The notes beneath the pieces were generated by a model. The model did not search any database, was not told where the DNA came from, and worked only from the letters and a program-made list of their open reading frames with translations. Below, one piece after another: positions 9,840 to 20,631 of a stretch of DNA of 64,000 nucleotides. Every line of letters begins with the position of its first letter. Position 1 is the stretch's first letter. The position numbers and the translations under genes are program-made. This DNA comes from Thermodesulfobacteriota bacterium (GTDB taxonomy: Bacteria > Desulfobacterota > Desulfobulbia > Desulfobulbales > SURF-16): contig JBFMAY010000008.1 of NCBI GenBank assembly GCA_040755455.1, forward strand, positions 34,918 through 98,917, read 5' to 3'.

Positions 9840-10850
9840 ATGAAACCGCTGGCCATCACAATGGGCTGCCCGGTGGGCATCGGCCCGGAAATCATTCTCA
9901 AGTTCTTTGCCGCGGCAAACCACGGCCCGGATGTTGCCCCGGCGGTGGTGGTCGGTGACCCCGGTGTGCTGCGGTGGTGCAGCCGAAAGCTTGCGCTGCC
10001 CGCCACAATTGTCGCCTGGCGGCCCGGTGATGCGGTGGTGCCGCATGTCATACCTGTCCTGCGGCCAACTGATTTTCCTGATCTTGAGCAGGCAAGCCTC
10101 ATCTGGGGCCGGCCCGACAAACAAACCGGCACAGCCATGGCGCAGTGTATCGAGGCAGCAGTCCATCTCATCCGGCAGCAGGTTTTCAGCGGCATGGTGA
10201 CTTGTCCCATTACCAAGAAGTCTTTAAACGAGGCAGGCTGGCTTTTCCCCGGCCACACCGAGATGCTGGCCGCCCTGTGCGAGAGCAACGACTATGCCAT
10301 GATGATGGCAGGCACCAGGCTGCGGGTCACCCTGGTGACCATCCATACCCCGCTTGCGGCCGTGCCCGGCGCGTTGACCCCTGAAAAAATTGATAAACTG
10401 ATTGAGATGACGGCAAAGTCCCTGCAGCAGGATTTTGCCATTGCCGAGCCCCGGCTGGCCGTTGCCGCGCTCAATCCCCATGCCGGCGAGGAGGGGATGT
10501 TCGGGGACGAGGAGCAGACCCTGATCCGTCCGGCCATCCTGTGGGCCCGCCAGGCCGGTTGGCGGATCAGCGGCCCCTATCCTGCCGATACGGTGTTTTA
10601 CAAGGCCGTGTCCGGGGAGTTTGACGCCGTGGTGTGCATGTACCATGACCAGGGGCTGATTCCCTTCAAGCTGCTGCATTTCAAGGACGGGGTCAATGTG
10701 ACCATTGGTCTGCCCATTGTGCGGACATCGGTTGACCATGGCACGGCCTACGATATCGCAGGCCAGGGCAAGGCCGATCCGGCCAGTCTCGCGGCGGCGG
10801 TGGCCATGGCCAGGGAGATCATTGCCAACAGGAGCAGGCAGGCATCATGA
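9840..10850 (+). CDS. pdxA: 4-hydroxythreonine-4-phosphate dehydrogenase
   Basis: ITMGCPVGIGPE, PGHTE, LNPHAGE, MYHDQG, RTSVDHGTAYDIAG. Confidence 0.96.
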   Translation: MKPLAITMGCPVGIGPEIILKFFAAANHGPDVAPAVVVGDPGVLRWCSRKLALPATIVAWRPGDAVVPHVIPVLRPTDFPDLEQASLIWGRPDKQTGTAMAQCIEAAVHLIRQQVFSGMVTCPITKKSLNEAGWLFPGHTEMLAALCESNDYAMMMAGTRLRVTLVTIHTPLAAVPGALTPEKIDKLIEMTAKSLQQDFAIAEPRLAVAALNPHAGEEGMFGDEEQTLIRPAILWARQAGWRISGPYPADTVFYKAVSGEFDAVVCMYHDQGLIPFKLLHFKDGVNVTIGLPIVRTSVDHGTAYDIAGQGKADPASLAAAVAMAREIIANRSRQAS

Positions 10851-11440
10851 AAAAAGGCATCGGCCTCTGCGGCAGCCATAGAACCGGCAAAACCACCCTG
10901 GCCCGGGCCATTGCCGCGCGAACCGGTGTGGACTTTCTCCGGACGACGACCAGCGAGGTGTTTGCCAGCAATGGTCTGGACCCATCAGCGGCCATGGATT
11001 TCCATACCCGTCTCTGGATCCAGCATAAGGTGGTGGAGGCGGCCGAGGCTGTCTGGCAGAACGCCGCCGGACCCTTTATCAGCGACCGGACACCCATTGA
11101 CATGATGGCCTATACCCTGGCTGATATTCAGGGTGGCACAGCGGTTGATTTTGCCGAACTGGAGAGGTATCTGGACCACTGCTTTACCGTAACAAACAGG
11201 TTTTTTGCCGAACTGGTGGTGATTCAGCCCGCCATTCCTCTGGTGCATGAAGAGGGCAAGGCGGCCCTGAACCGGTCCTACATGGAGCATTTGAACGTGC
11301 TGGTCAAGGGGCTGTGCTGCGACGAGCGGTTGCGCTGCCCGTTTACCTTGATCGCCAGAGGTATTGTTGCCCTCGATGAGCGGGCCGCAGCGGTGCTGAA
11401 AAAAATTGATATCGAGGCAAATCAGCGCCAGGTGAGTTGA
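10847..11440 (+). CDS. P-loop nucleotide kinase-like protein (AAA_28/NadR-like)
   Basis: GSHRTGKTT Walker A; ISDRTPID; ATGA overlap with pdxA. Confidence 0.75.
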   Translation: MKKGIGLCGSHRTGKTTLARAIAARTGVDFLRTTTSEVFASNGLDPSAAMDFHTRLWIQHKVVEAAEAVWQNAAGPFISDRTPIDMMAYTLADIQGGTAVDFAELERYLDHCFTVTNRFFAELVVIQPAIPLVHEEGKAALNRSYMEHLNVLVKGLCCDERLRCPFTLIARGIVALDERAAAVLKKIDIEANQRQVS

Positions 11441-11469
11441 AAAACGTACATTTTGGCCCGGGTGGTGCC

Positions 11470-11493
11470 GGGCGGGGATGAAACCCGCCCCCC
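11470..11493. repeat. REP-like GC-rich palindrome
   Basis: GGGCGGG-GATGAAA-CCCGCCC hairpin in the intergenic region. Confidence 0.45.
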
Positions 11494-11615
11494 TGGTGTC
11501 GTCCGGGTGGAACATGCCGGCACGGAGTTTCAGTGATAATGCTGGAATTCCTTGATGTTGAGTGGTAGAATAACCCTTACATTCAATTTTATTAAATAAT
11601 CCGTTATCTTCTGCG

Positions 11616-13406
11616 ATGCTGAAAAAAATTATTGCCATACATTCTGCCTGGAAAAGGCACCTGGCATCCGCCGGGGTGCTGGGTCTGTCGGTGTTGTTTT
11701 TTCTCGGCAACAGCTCATGCTCAGGCGGCAGTCAGGCCATGGGTAATACCATGAAAACAGGTGCATCCGTCAATGCCGAGACCAGCGAAGAGCCGGCTGA
11801 TTCCGCCTGTGCCTATTTTTATTTTTTATGGGGTAAATCCGCCGAGGCCGAAGAGAAATATGATGAGGCGATGGAGGCCTTTGAGAAGGCCCTGATCTGC
11901 GATCCGCGGGCCGTCTATGTGAGCCAGAAACTGGCCATTCTGCTGGTCAACATGGGCAAAAAGGAGCAGGCCGTTGTCCAGCTTGAGAAAATGATTGCCG
12001 ATGACCCGGCCAATCTCCAGAACAGGCTGTTGCTGGGCAATATCTACAGTTCCATGGGCCAGACCGCCCAGGCGCGGGCCGTGTATGAGGCTGTTCTGCA
12101 GATAGCCCCTGATGATCCCCAGGCCCTGCTGATGCTTGGCGCCCTCTACGCCAGTGACCGGGATTACGTGCAGGCCCAGAAGATACTGGAAAGACTGGTG
12201 GCGGTGGACGACAAGTCTTATTCCGGCTACAGCTATCTGGCCAAGTTGTACCGGGAACTCAACTATTACGACCAGGCCATGGAGGCCTACGAAAAGGCGC
12301 TTTCTTTAAGCTGGTCGCCCATGCTCGCCTATGAGGCCGCCGATCTCTATGAATACCGGCAGAGGTATGACGAGGCCGCTGCCATTTATAAGCGGCTGCT
12401 GGAGGAAGACGAGGGAAATACCAAAATCCGCGGCCGCCTGGCGCGCCTGTATATCGTGCAGGGCAAAATCGAGGCGGCCCTGGCCGAGTTGGATGAGCTG
12501 AAAGATTACACCTCTGACCCGGCGGTGGTCGATCTGGCCATCGGCCGGGTGCTGCTGGATGAAAAACGCTATGCGGAGGCAATCGCTCTCTTTGAGCAGA
12601 TGCTCAGCCAGGACGAGAACAAGGATGTGGCCAGATCAATGCTTGCCCTGACCTATTACGAGTCAGGCGACATGGACAAGGCCAAGAAGACTCTGCGGGA
12701 GGTCCCGGTCACCAGCAAGGATTACGAGAACTCCATTCTGATGCTGGCCCAGATCCTGCTCGGTGAAAAAGACAACCAGCGCGCCGCCACCCTGCTGCGC
12801 AATGTCATTGCCGGTGAAGATACCAGGCGTCCCTCTTTTTATTTTCTCCTGGCCGGGCTGTTGCGGGAAGAGGGTGATCCCGCGGCCGGCAGAGAGGTTT
12901 GCGAACAGGCCGTGCAGGCCTTTCCGGAAAATCCCAGGGTCTTGTTTGAATACGGTTTGTATCTCGACCGTCTCGGCGAGCTTGACGGGGCGGTGGCCAA
13001 AATGGAGCAGGTGCTGGCCATCACCCCGGATGATGCATACGCCCTGAATTACGTGGGTTATACCTTGGCGGACAGGGGGCTCAACCTGGACAAGGCCCTG
13101 GAGTATATCAAACGGGCCGTGGACCTCAAACCCGATGATGGCTTTGTCCGCGATTCCCTGGGCTGGGTCTATTTCAAGATGGGCCGGTTCGCCGAGGCGG
13201 TCACGGAGCTTGAGGCTGCCGCCTCCATGCAGTCCGATGATCCGACCATTCAGGAGCATCTCGGCGATGCTTATCAGCAGGCCGGTGCAGTGCAGAAGGC
13301 GGTGGCGGCATACGGCAAGGCCGTGAGTCTCTATACCGATGACGCGAAAAAAGCCCCTGTCCTGGCTAAGATGAAGGCTCTGCAAAACAGTGACAAACAG
13401 GATTAA
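11616..13406 (+). CDS. Exported TPR-repeat protein
   Basis: N-terminal hydrophobic segment with Cys, many TPRs, C-terminal ALNYVGY..AD, DSLGWVYFK, EHLGDAY. Confidence 0.88.
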   Translation: MLKKIIAIHSAWKRHLASAGVLGLSVLFFLGNSSCSGGSQAMGNTMKTGASVNAETSEEPADSACAYFYFLWGKSAEAEEKYDEAMEAFEKALICDPRAVYVSQKLAILLVNMGKKEQAVVQLEKMIADDPANLQNRLLLGNIYSSMGQTAQARAVYEAVLQIAPDDPQALLMLGALYASDRDYVQAQKILERLVAVDDKSYSGYSYLAKLYRELNYYDQAMEAYEKALSLSWSPMLAYEAADLYEYRQRYDEAAAIYKRLLEEDEGNTKIRGRLARLYIVQGKIEAALAELDELKDYTSDPAVVDLAIGRVLLDEKRYAEAIALFEQMLSQDENKDVARSMLALTYYESGDMDKAKKTLREVPVTSKDYENSILMLAQILLGEKDNQRAATLLRNVIAGEDTRRPSFYFLLAGLLREEGDPAAGREVCEQAVQAFPENPRVLFEYGLYLDRLGELDGAVAKMEQVLAITPDDAYALNYVGYTLADRGLNLDKALEYIKRAVDLKPDDGFVRDSLGWVYFKMGRFAEAVTELEAAASMQSDDPTIQEHLGDAYQQAGAVQKAVAAYGKAVSLYTDDAKKAPVLAKMKALQNSDKQD

Positions 13407-14217
13407 CAGCAGCAGACAGCCCCCGGCAGGGCTCTGGCAGGGCTTCGTCTTTTGTCTCTGCCTTTGCTATCTGGCCGGCTGCGCCGGGCTGCCCGGCACC
13501 GAGGCAATCTCCGAGAGGGAAAAGGAGCGGCTTATCGGGGAACTCCGGGAAATGGTCGCCCGGCAGCAGCAGTGCAACTGCTGCATCGACGCCCAGGCCA
13601 CCGTCTCTTTTTCCTCTATCTGGCAGAAAGGGACACTGAGCGGTTTTGTGCAGGCCATGTCTCCTTCCTATCTGAAATTTCTTGCCGTCAATCCCCTTGG
13701 CCAGACCATGGCCATCTTTGTCACGGACGGGGATTTTTTCCGTTATGTGCCGGTGCTTGAGGCAAAGCAGTACGAGGGCAAGGTGACTGGCACCACCTAT
13801 GCGAAATATGCTCCGGCCGGTTTTCTGCCGGAGCATGGTTTCTACTGGCTGATCGGCCGTCTCTATCCCGGCAGGATCAAGATTCTCGATGTGACCCATG
13901 ACCGGCAGGATCAGGGCTACTGGTTTGAAATCAGTTACGGCAACGGCACGAGAAGTATTGTTCTTTTTGCCGAGGAGCAGGGCGTCCTCCTCCGCCATAT
14001 TGTGGTGAACGACAAAGGTGAAAAAATTTTCAACGTGCTCTATGATCAATACACAACAGGATCCTGCCCGTTGCCCGGCAAAGTCACCGTTACCGCTTTA
14101 ATCCATAACAGCACCATGGAGATCCGGCTTGCCGACTGGCTGGACTCTCCCACTTTTGTAAGCGATAATTTCACCTATGACGCCCCACCCTCTTTTGACA
14201 GAGTAGCGGTCCAGTGA
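13390..14217 (+). CDS. Lipoprotein, LolB/LolA-like fold candidate
   Basis: LAGC lipobox; beta-rich; follows the TPR gene as lolB-like genes often do. Confidence 0.6.
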   Translation: MTNRINSSRQPPAGLWQGFVFCLCLCYLAGCAGLPGTEAISEREKERLIGELREMVARQQQCNCCIDAQATVSFSSIWQKGTLSGFVQAMSPSYLKFLAVNPLGQTMAIFVTDGDFFRYVPVLEAKQYEGKVTGTTYAKYAPAGFLPEHGFYWLIGRLYPGRIKILDVTHDRQDQGYWFEISYGNGTRSIVLFAEEQGVLLRHIVVNDKGEKIFNVLYDQYTTGSCPLPGKVTVTALIHNSTMEIRLADWLDSPTFVSDNFTYDAPPSFDRVAVQ

Positions 14218-16721
14218 ATCCCGATTATTTTCTGCCGCTGGTCCGCAAACCCGGGCGATACACCGGTAACGAATTCAACATCATAAAAAAAGATTGGCGC
14301 AACGCTGAGCTGCGTATTGTGCTCTCCTTTCCCGATCTCTATGAGATCGGCATGTCCCATCAGGGGTTGCAGATTCTCTATCAGCTGATCAACAGCAGGG
14401 CGGACCTACTGGCCGAGCGGGTGTATGCGCCGGATACCGATCTGGAAAAACTGCTGGCCCAAAGCGATACGCCACTCTTTTCCCTGGAGTCGAGACGGCC
14501 GGTGGCGGACTTTGACATGCTGGCCATTACCCTGCCCTATGAACTCTGCTATACTAATATTCTGACTATCCTGGCCCGCAGCGGCCTGCCCTTTTTTGCT
14601 GGAGAGAGAAATGCTGACCATCCGCTGGTTTTCGGCGGCGGTCCCTGTGCCTTTCATGCCGAGCCGGTTGCCGATTTCTTTGATGCGATCCTGCTTGGTG
14701 ACGGTGAAGAGGCCATTTTTGATATTGCCGACCTGCTGGTTACGGCCAAAAGGGAGAAATGGAGCAGGGCCCGGCTCCTGGAGCGGCTGACGGAAATCGA
14801 AGGGGTGTATGTCCCATCCTTTTTTCGCCCCGAGTATGATGCGGCCGGCAACTTTGCCGGGCTGACCCCTTTAAAGGAAGGTTATGGGTCGGTGCGGCGG
14901 CGGGTGCTGCCGAGTCTGGCAAGTGATAGCGCCTATGCCCCGCTGGTGCCGCTGTTTAAAATCGTCCATGACCGGCTGGGCATTGAAATTGCCAGGGGCT
15001 GTACCCGCGGCTGCCGTTTCTGTCAGGCCGGCGTCATCTACCGGCCGGTGCGTGAGAGAAGCCCGCAGGAGGTCATGCGGCTGGCCAAGGCCGGCATCGC
15101 TGCCTCGGGTTTTGAAGAGATCGCCCTGTTGTCGCTGTCCAGCGGCGATTACGCCTGCCTTGCCCCGCTGCTCACCGAGCTGATGGATACCTTTGTGCCG
15201 AAACGGGTTTCCGTGTCCATGCCCTCCATGCGGGTGGGCACCCTGACCCCGGAGATCATGCGGCAGATAAAGCGGGTGCGCAAAACCGGCTTTACCGTGG
15301 CGCCGGAGGCCGGCACCGACCGGCTGCGGCGGGTCATCAACAAGGGCATCACCGAGGAAGACCTGCTTGCCACCTGTAAATCGGCCTTCAACCTGGGCTG
15401 GAAGCTGATCAAGTTCTATTTCATGTTCGGCCTGCCCACGGAAACAGAGGAGGATCTGGCGGCCATCGGCCAACTTGCCCGCCAGGCCATGGCCCAGTGC
15501 CCCGGCAAAAGGGCCACTGTCACGGTAAGCGCCTCCACCTTTGTGCCGAAACCCCACACCCCTTTCCAATGGGAGCCGCAGCTGAACATTGCCGAAGGTT
15601 TCAGCAGGATCGATTTTCTGAAAAAGAACTTGCGGGACAAGCGGATTCAACTGCGCTGGGGTGATCCCCGCCAGAGTTTTCTGGAGGGGATCATGTCCAG
15701 AGGCGACCGCAGGCTGGCGCAGCTCATTGTCGCCGCCTGGCGCATTGGCGCCCGGCTTGAGGCCTGGTCGGATCATATGAATATTGACATCTGGCGGCAG
15801 GCGGCCGCCTCCCTCGGCCTGGAGCTGGAGCACTACCTCAGACGCCGCGCCTTTGATGAGCCGTTGCCCTGGAGCCATCTCGATGTGGGCCTTGATCCCG
15901 GCTTTTTCCGGCAGGAGCTGGAAAAGGGGCTGGCCGAAGGCTATACGCCGGATTGCCGTTATAACGGCTGCCAGCAGTGCGGCCTTTGTGATTTCAAAAA
16001 GATCAAGCCGGTGGTCAACGCAAGCCGCCAGGAGGAAAGCGGCGGGGCAGAGCGGGCCGAGGTTGCCGCCGACGAGGCTGGGCCGCCGGTTCATTTTTTC
16101 TACCGTTTCGCCTATCAGCGGACCGGCCGGGCGCGCTTTATCAGCCATCTCGAGTTGCTCCAGCTTTTTTTCCGCACCTTTGCCCGGGCCGAGCTGCCGG
16201 TGAATTTTTCCCACGGCTTTAATCCGACCCCCAAGGTCTCATTCAGCCCGGCCTTGCCCCTGGGCACCGAGAGCCTGGCGGAATACCTGATTATTGACGC
16301 CCGTGCGCCGCTGGCTGATCCGGTGGAGTGGCGGGAAAGGCTGAACAGCCAGCTGCCCGGCGGACTGGCCATCACCGCCATTGACCCTTGCGATGAAAAG
16401 AATATTCCGGAAAAGGTCGAAAATGTTTATCTTATAGATATTGAAGGCGCAATGGACAAAGAAAAGGCCGAGGCCTTCATGGGCAGCACGAGCTATCTGA
16501 TAAAGGTGGCAAGAAAGAAAAGAGACAGGGAAATCGATGCCCGGCCCCAGGTGGCCTCACTTGATTTTAGCGGGGACGGCAGGCTGAGGCTGGCCCTGAT
16601 CAACGAAATATGCAAGGCAGGGTTAAAACCCCTGGAGATTGTCTCCGCTGTTTTTTCCTGCACTGATAAAGAGATTCAGCAGGCGCGCGTGCTGAAAATT
16701 GAAGAAAGAGTAATCCGTTAA
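14214..16721 (+). CDS. B12-binding-type radical SAM protein fused to a radical-SAM-linked C-terminal domain (TIGR03960/TIGR03936-like)
   Basis: FPDLYEIGMS, RGCTRGCRFC (CxxxCxxC), FVPKPHTPFQW, then FISHLE and FSHGFNPTPK; upstream of rng. Confidence 0.88.
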   Translation: MNPDYFLPLVRKPGRYTGNEFNIIKKDWRNAELRIVLSFPDLYEIGMSHQGLQILYQLINSRADLLAERVYAPDTDLEKLLAQSDTPLFSLESRRPVADFDMLAITLPYELCYTNILTILARSGLPFFAGERNADHPLVFGGGPCAFHAEPVADFFDAILLGDGEEAIFDIADLLVTAKREKWSRARLLERLTEIEGVYVPSFFRPEYDAAGNFAGLTPLKEGYGSVRRRVLPSLASDSAYAPLVPLFKIVHDRLGIEIARGCTRGCRFCQAGVIYRPVRERSPQEVMRLAKAGIAASGFEEIALLSLSSGDYACLAPLLTELMDTFVPKRVSVSMPSMRVGTLTPEIMRQIKRVRKTGFTVAPEAGTDRLRRVINKGITEEDLLATCKSAFNLGWKLIKFYFMFGLPTETEEDLAAIGQLARQAMAQCPGKRATVTVSASTFVPKPHTPFQWEPQLNIAEGFSRIDFLKKNLRDKRIQLRWGDPRQSFLEGIMSRGDRRLAQLIVAAWRIGARLEAWSDHMNIDIWRQAAASLGLELEHYLRRRAFDEPLPWSHLDVGLDPGFFRQELEKGLAEGYTPDCRYNGCQQCGLCDFKKIKPVVNASRQEESGGAERAEVAADEAGPPVHFFYRFAYQRTGRARFISHLELLQLFFRTFARAELPVNFSHGFNPTPKVSFSPALPLGTESLAEYLIIDARAPLADPVEWRERLNSQLPGGLAITAIDPCDEKNIPEKVENVYLIDIEGAMDKEKAEAFMGSTSYLIKVARKKRDREIDARPQVASLDFSGDGRLRLALINEICKAGLKPLEIVSAVFSCTDKEIQQARVLKIEERVIR

Positions 16722-18250
16722 TGGCAACTGATCTAATCATCAATGCAACGTCCTTCGAGATCCGCATTGCCTTGATTGAACATGGCAATCTTGTGGAGTT
16801 TTATCTGGAGCGGCCGACCGAGAAGGGACTGGTCGGCAACATTTACAAGGGAAGAGTCGTCCGGGTCCTGCCCGGCATGCAGGCGGCTTTCGTCGATATC
16901 GGCCTGGAGCGCACCGGGTTTCTCTATGTGGATGATATCCATGTCAACCGGGTTGATTTTGAAAAACGTTACCAGAATCCGGAAGAGGATGACTGTCTGT
17001 GCAACGAGGCGCCCGAGTCCCTGAGCAACCGCATACCCGGCAAGAGTATCGATGATCTGCTGGTGGAGGGCCAGGAGCTGCTGGTGCAGATCTGCAAGGA
17101 ACCCATGGGCAGCAAGGGGGCCAGACTGACCGGCCATATCACCCTGCCGTGCCGCAACCTGGTTTTCATGCCCATGACCGACCATATCGGCGTGTCAAGA
17201 AAGATCGAGAATGAGGAGATCCGGGAAAATCTGCGGCGCGACATTGAGAAGCTGCGGCCGGCCGGCACCGGCTTCATCGTCCGGACCGTGGCCGAAGGGG
17301 CAAGCAATGAGGAGCTTGAGGCGGACATGGAGTTTCTGCTGCATCTGTGGAGCGAAATTCTTGACCGGGCCGGAAAAGCGTCATGCATGACCCTGGTTTA
17401 TGAGGATCTGGATATCATCCTGCGGGTGGTGCGCGACATCTTTTCGCCCACCGTTGACCGGGTGGTGGTGGATGACCGGCGAACCTATGAGCGGGTCATC
17501 AATTTTGTCGAAACCTTCTTGCCCCATCTGCGTTCCAAGGTGCACCATTACGACAGCAACATCCCGATCTTCACCGCCTACGGGGTGGAGATGGATATCA
17601 ACCGGGCCCTGGCCAGAAAAATCTGGCTGCGCTGCGGCGGCTATATCATCATCGAGGCCACCGAGGCGCTCACCGTGATCGATGTCAACACCGGCCGCTA
17701 TGTGGGCAAGACCGACCTGGAGGAGACGATCTTCAAGACCAACATGGAGGCGGTGAAGGAGATCGCCTATCAGCTGCGGCTGCGCAACATCGGCGGCATC
17801 ATTATCATCGACTTCATCGACATGGAAAGCGAGGAGCACCGGGAAGAGGTCTTCCGAGTGCTGCACGAGGCGGTCAAAAAGGACAAGAGCCGCATCAATA
17901 TCCTGAAGTTTTCGGAATTCGGGCTCATTCAGCTCACCCGCAAGCGCAACCGGGATGATCTGACCCGCATCATGTGCGAGCCGTGCCCCTGTTGCAACGG
18001 CTCGGGCCGGATCAAATCGGCCCGGACCATCTCCTATGAGATTTTCCGCAGTATTGCCCGGGATGCCGACAAGACCAACGCCGCAAACGTCACGGTCAAC
18101 GTGCACCCCAAGGTGGCGGCGATGATGCTCAAGGACGAGGCGGTAACCATTAAAAACCTGGAAGACGAGATCAAAATGTCCCTGATTATTTTCCCCAACC
18201 GGGATCTGCATATGGAAAAATATGAGATCAGCTGGGACAGGGGGAAGTGA
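16721..18250 (+). CDS. rng: Ribonuclease G (Rne/Rng family)
   Basis: GNIYKGRV..VLPGMQAAFVDIG S1 domain, IDVNTG, LRLRNIGGIIIIDFIDM, CPCCNGSG. Confidence 0.95.
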   Translation: MATDLIINATSFEIRIALIEHGNLVEFYLERPTEKGLVGNIYKGRVVRVLPGMQAAFVDIGLERTGFLYVDDIHVNRVDFEKRYQNPEEDDCLCNEAPESLSNRIPGKSIDDLLVEGQELLVQICKEPMGSKGARLTGHITLPCRNLVFMPMTDHIGVSRKIENEEIRENLRRDIEKLRPAGTGFIVRTVAEGASNEELEADMEFLLHLWSEILDRAGKASCMTLVYEDLDIILRVVRDIFSPTVDRVVVDDRRTYERVINFVETFLPHLRSKVHHYDSNIPIFTAYGVEMDINRALARKIWLRCGGYIIIEATEALTVIDVNTGRYVGKTDLEETIFKTNMEAVKEIAYQLRLRNIGGIIIIDFIDMESEEHREEVFRVLHEAVKKDKSRINILKFSEFGLIQLTRKRNRDDLTRIMCEPCPCCNGSGRIKSARTISYEIFRSIARDADKTNAANVTVNVHPKVAAMMLKDEAVTIKNLEDEIKMSLIIFPNRDLHMEKYEISWDRGK

Positions 18251-18261
18251 AGGACCGTCTT

Positions 18262-20496
18262 TTATTTCGTAGTAAAGATAAAAACCCCGTCCCAGTCCGG
18301 CGGCGGCGGGGCGGAGAGGAAAACCTCGATTCTCTCCAGGTAAAGGCGGTAGAGCCGGAGGTCGTTTTTCTCGCCCAGGGAATGCATGATCTGCCGGGCA
18401 GCGGCGAAATCCTGCTGCTGATAGGCCGTTATGGCGGATTGAAAACTTGTCACCTCCCGGCGCAGCTCCGCATCCGGTTCACCCTCGCAGAGCGGCTCAA
18501 AGATGTTCACCGGCAGTTTTTTCCCCTTGACCCGCACCCGGTCGATAAAGCGGCAGAAAAACCCGGGGCCCGCGGCATCCCTGGTTGCTTCGCTGATTAG
18601 GATGCGGGAGCCGTAAACCTTGGTCAGGCCTTCCAGGCGGGAGGCCAGGTTGACATTGTCGCCGATCACCGTGTAGTCAAAACGCTGGGTGCTGCCGAAG
18701 TTGCCCACATTCATCTCGCCGGTGTTGAGTCCGATGCCGATGGCTATTTTCTCCAGCTGTCCGTTGTGTAGTTCCTCCTGCAGTTCATCAAGTCGTTTGA
18801 TCGAGGCCAGGGCGGCCCGCACGGCCCTGGCCGCGTGGTCGTGGTCCACCAGCGGCGCGCCCCAGATGGCCATGATCGCATCGCCGATATATTTGTCCAC
18901 CGTGCCCCCATGCGCAAGCAATACATTGCTCATGGCCGTGAGATAGCGATTCATGAAGCGTCCCAGCTGCTCCGGGGACATCTTTTCGGAAATTGTCGTA
19001 AAATCGCGGATATCGCTGAAAAATACCGTCAAGTTTCTTACCTGGCCCGCCAGGGAGAGGTTCGCCGGATTCCTGATGATCTCACTCACGACATCAGGTG
19101 AAACATAATGACCGAAGGCGTCCCGCAGGAATCGTTTTTCACGGCCGGCAAAGAAGTAATTGCTCAGGGTGACCACCAGAAAAACCGTGATAATGGTCAG
19201 CAGCGGATAGGTAATGCCGATGATCTTGTTGTTTAAAAAGAAATAATAGGAACCCCCGGCTGTTGCCAGCAGACACAGCAGACCGCCCAAGGCGCCGGCC
19301 AGGGGAGTGGCATAGGCCAGCAGGGCGCTGAGCAGCAGCCCGCTGCCTGCGACCAGCGCATAGGTCATGCCGATTTCCGTGTAGAGATCGTAGGTCAGCG
19401 GATCGCCGGTGAGTAAATTGTCGATGACGGTCGCCTGGATTTCCACGCCGGGGAAGATGTTGGCAAAGGGAGTGGCCCGCAGATCCAGCAGGCCCGCTGC
19501 CGAGGTGCCGATGAGAACATATTTGTCCCTGAGTTGGTTCGTATGGCGGCCGGCAAGGATGTCGGCAGCCGGGACATAGGTAAAGGTTTTCACCGGCCCC
19601 CGGTAATTGACGGTGAGCTGGCCCTGGTCATCGGTGGGGATGAATTTGCCGCCGACGGTGACCCCCAGCATGCCTTTCTGCGCAGTCGCCACCTGTTGGG
19701 AGAGGTGGATGGTTGCCTCCTGTTCGCCCAGGCCGACCCGCAGGGTTTCCAGGGCCAGAGAGGGGTATGGTACGCCGTTTAAGGCCATGAACAGCGGCAC
19801 CTTGCGGATGGTGCCTGAGGGATCCGGGAAGACATTGAAAAAGCCTTCGCTTTCCCCCTGGGACACCTCCGGGATGTTCACGATGGCATTGCCGGCCCTA
19901 ATGAAATTGATCGAGGACAGCGGGGTGGACGGCGGATCAAGACGGATGGTGCAGGAGGGAAAGGGGACATTGGCGGCAAGGCCGCTTGGCGGGTCCGTGA
20001 GAAAGACGTAGCCCAGTACACTGGGCATGACCGCCAGGGTGTCCCCCAGGATCAGGTCGTGATCCAGGGAGGGATTGGCGCGCAGCGCGTTTTTTTCTTC
20101 ATCGGCCACCGGGGTGGCCAGGAGATCAATGATGCCGTCCAGATGATTTTTCGGGGAGGTTCTGTCCGGCTCGGCAAAGACGATATCAATGCCGATGACC
20201 CTGGCCCCGGCCTGATGGATTTGCGCCACCAGGGCGGCGACCGTATTCCTGGGCCAGGGCCATTGACCGATCCCCGCCAGGCTCGCATCGTCAATATCAA
20301 CAATAACCACCGAACCGCTGACCGGGGTCTGCCCCCGGATGGTGAACATGACATCGGTCAGCCGGTTGTCAAAGGCGGTGAGGAGCTGCGGCTTGCGGCT
20401 GCCGAAAAGGTAAAAGAGGCAAAGCCCGGCGAGTACCGCCAGGCAGCCGATTTTAAAGGGTGATGGCTTGATGTGTGAGAGTATCGATCTGGACAA
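18262..20496 (-). CDS. CHASE2-domain class III adenylate cyclase
   Basis: DIDDASL..GQWPWPR CHASE2 signature, three TM helices, FSDIRDFT, DKYIGDAIMA, DYTVIGDNVNLASRLE (K/T residues suggest ATP specificity). Confidence 0.93.
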   Translation of the reverse strand: MSRSILSHIKPSPFKIGCLAVLAGLCLFYLFGSRKPQLLTAFDNRLTDVMFTIRGQTPVSGSVVIVDIDDASLAGIGQWPWPRNTVAALVAQIHQAGARVIGIDIVFAEPDRTSPKNHLDGIIDLLATPVADEEKNALRANPSLDHDLILGDTLAVMPSVLGYVFLTDPPSGLAANVPFPSCTIRLDPPSTPLSSINFIRAGNAIVNIPEVSQGESEGFFNVFPDPSGTIRKVPLFMALNGVPYPSLALETLRVGLGEQEATIHLSQQVATAQKGMLGVTVGGKFIPTDDQGQLTVNYRGPVKTFTYVPAADILAGRHTNQLRDKYVLIGTSAAGLLDLRATPFANIFPGVEIQATVIDNLLTGDPLTYDLYTEIGMTYALVAGSGLLLSALLAYATPLAGALGGLLCLLATAGGSYYFFLNNKIIGITYPLLTIITVFLVVTLSNYFFAGREKRFLRDAFGHYVSPDVVSEIIRNPANLSLAGQVRNLTVFFSDIRDFTTISEKMSPEQLGRFMNRYLTAMSNVLLAHGGTVDKYIGDAIMAIWGAPLVDHDHAARAVRAALASIKRLDELQEELHNGQLEKIAIGIGLNTGEMNVGNFGSTQRFDYTVIGDNVNLASRLEGLTKVYGSRILISEATRDAAGPGFFCRFIDRVRVKGKKLPVNIFEPLCEGEPDAELRREVTSFQSAITAYQQQDFAAARQIMHSLGEKNDLRLYRLYLERIEVFLSAPPPPDWDGVFIFTTK

Positions 20497-20631
20497 GGTT
20501 TCCCGTTGCGATCAGCTGCTGTTTTTTTAACTCAACTTTCTGACTTGCTCTGTTTTGTCGAAATAACGGCATCTTCGTGACATGGTTGCTGCTCTGATCT
20601 CCGTCATGGGAATTCCCGTTGTTGCGGCAGA

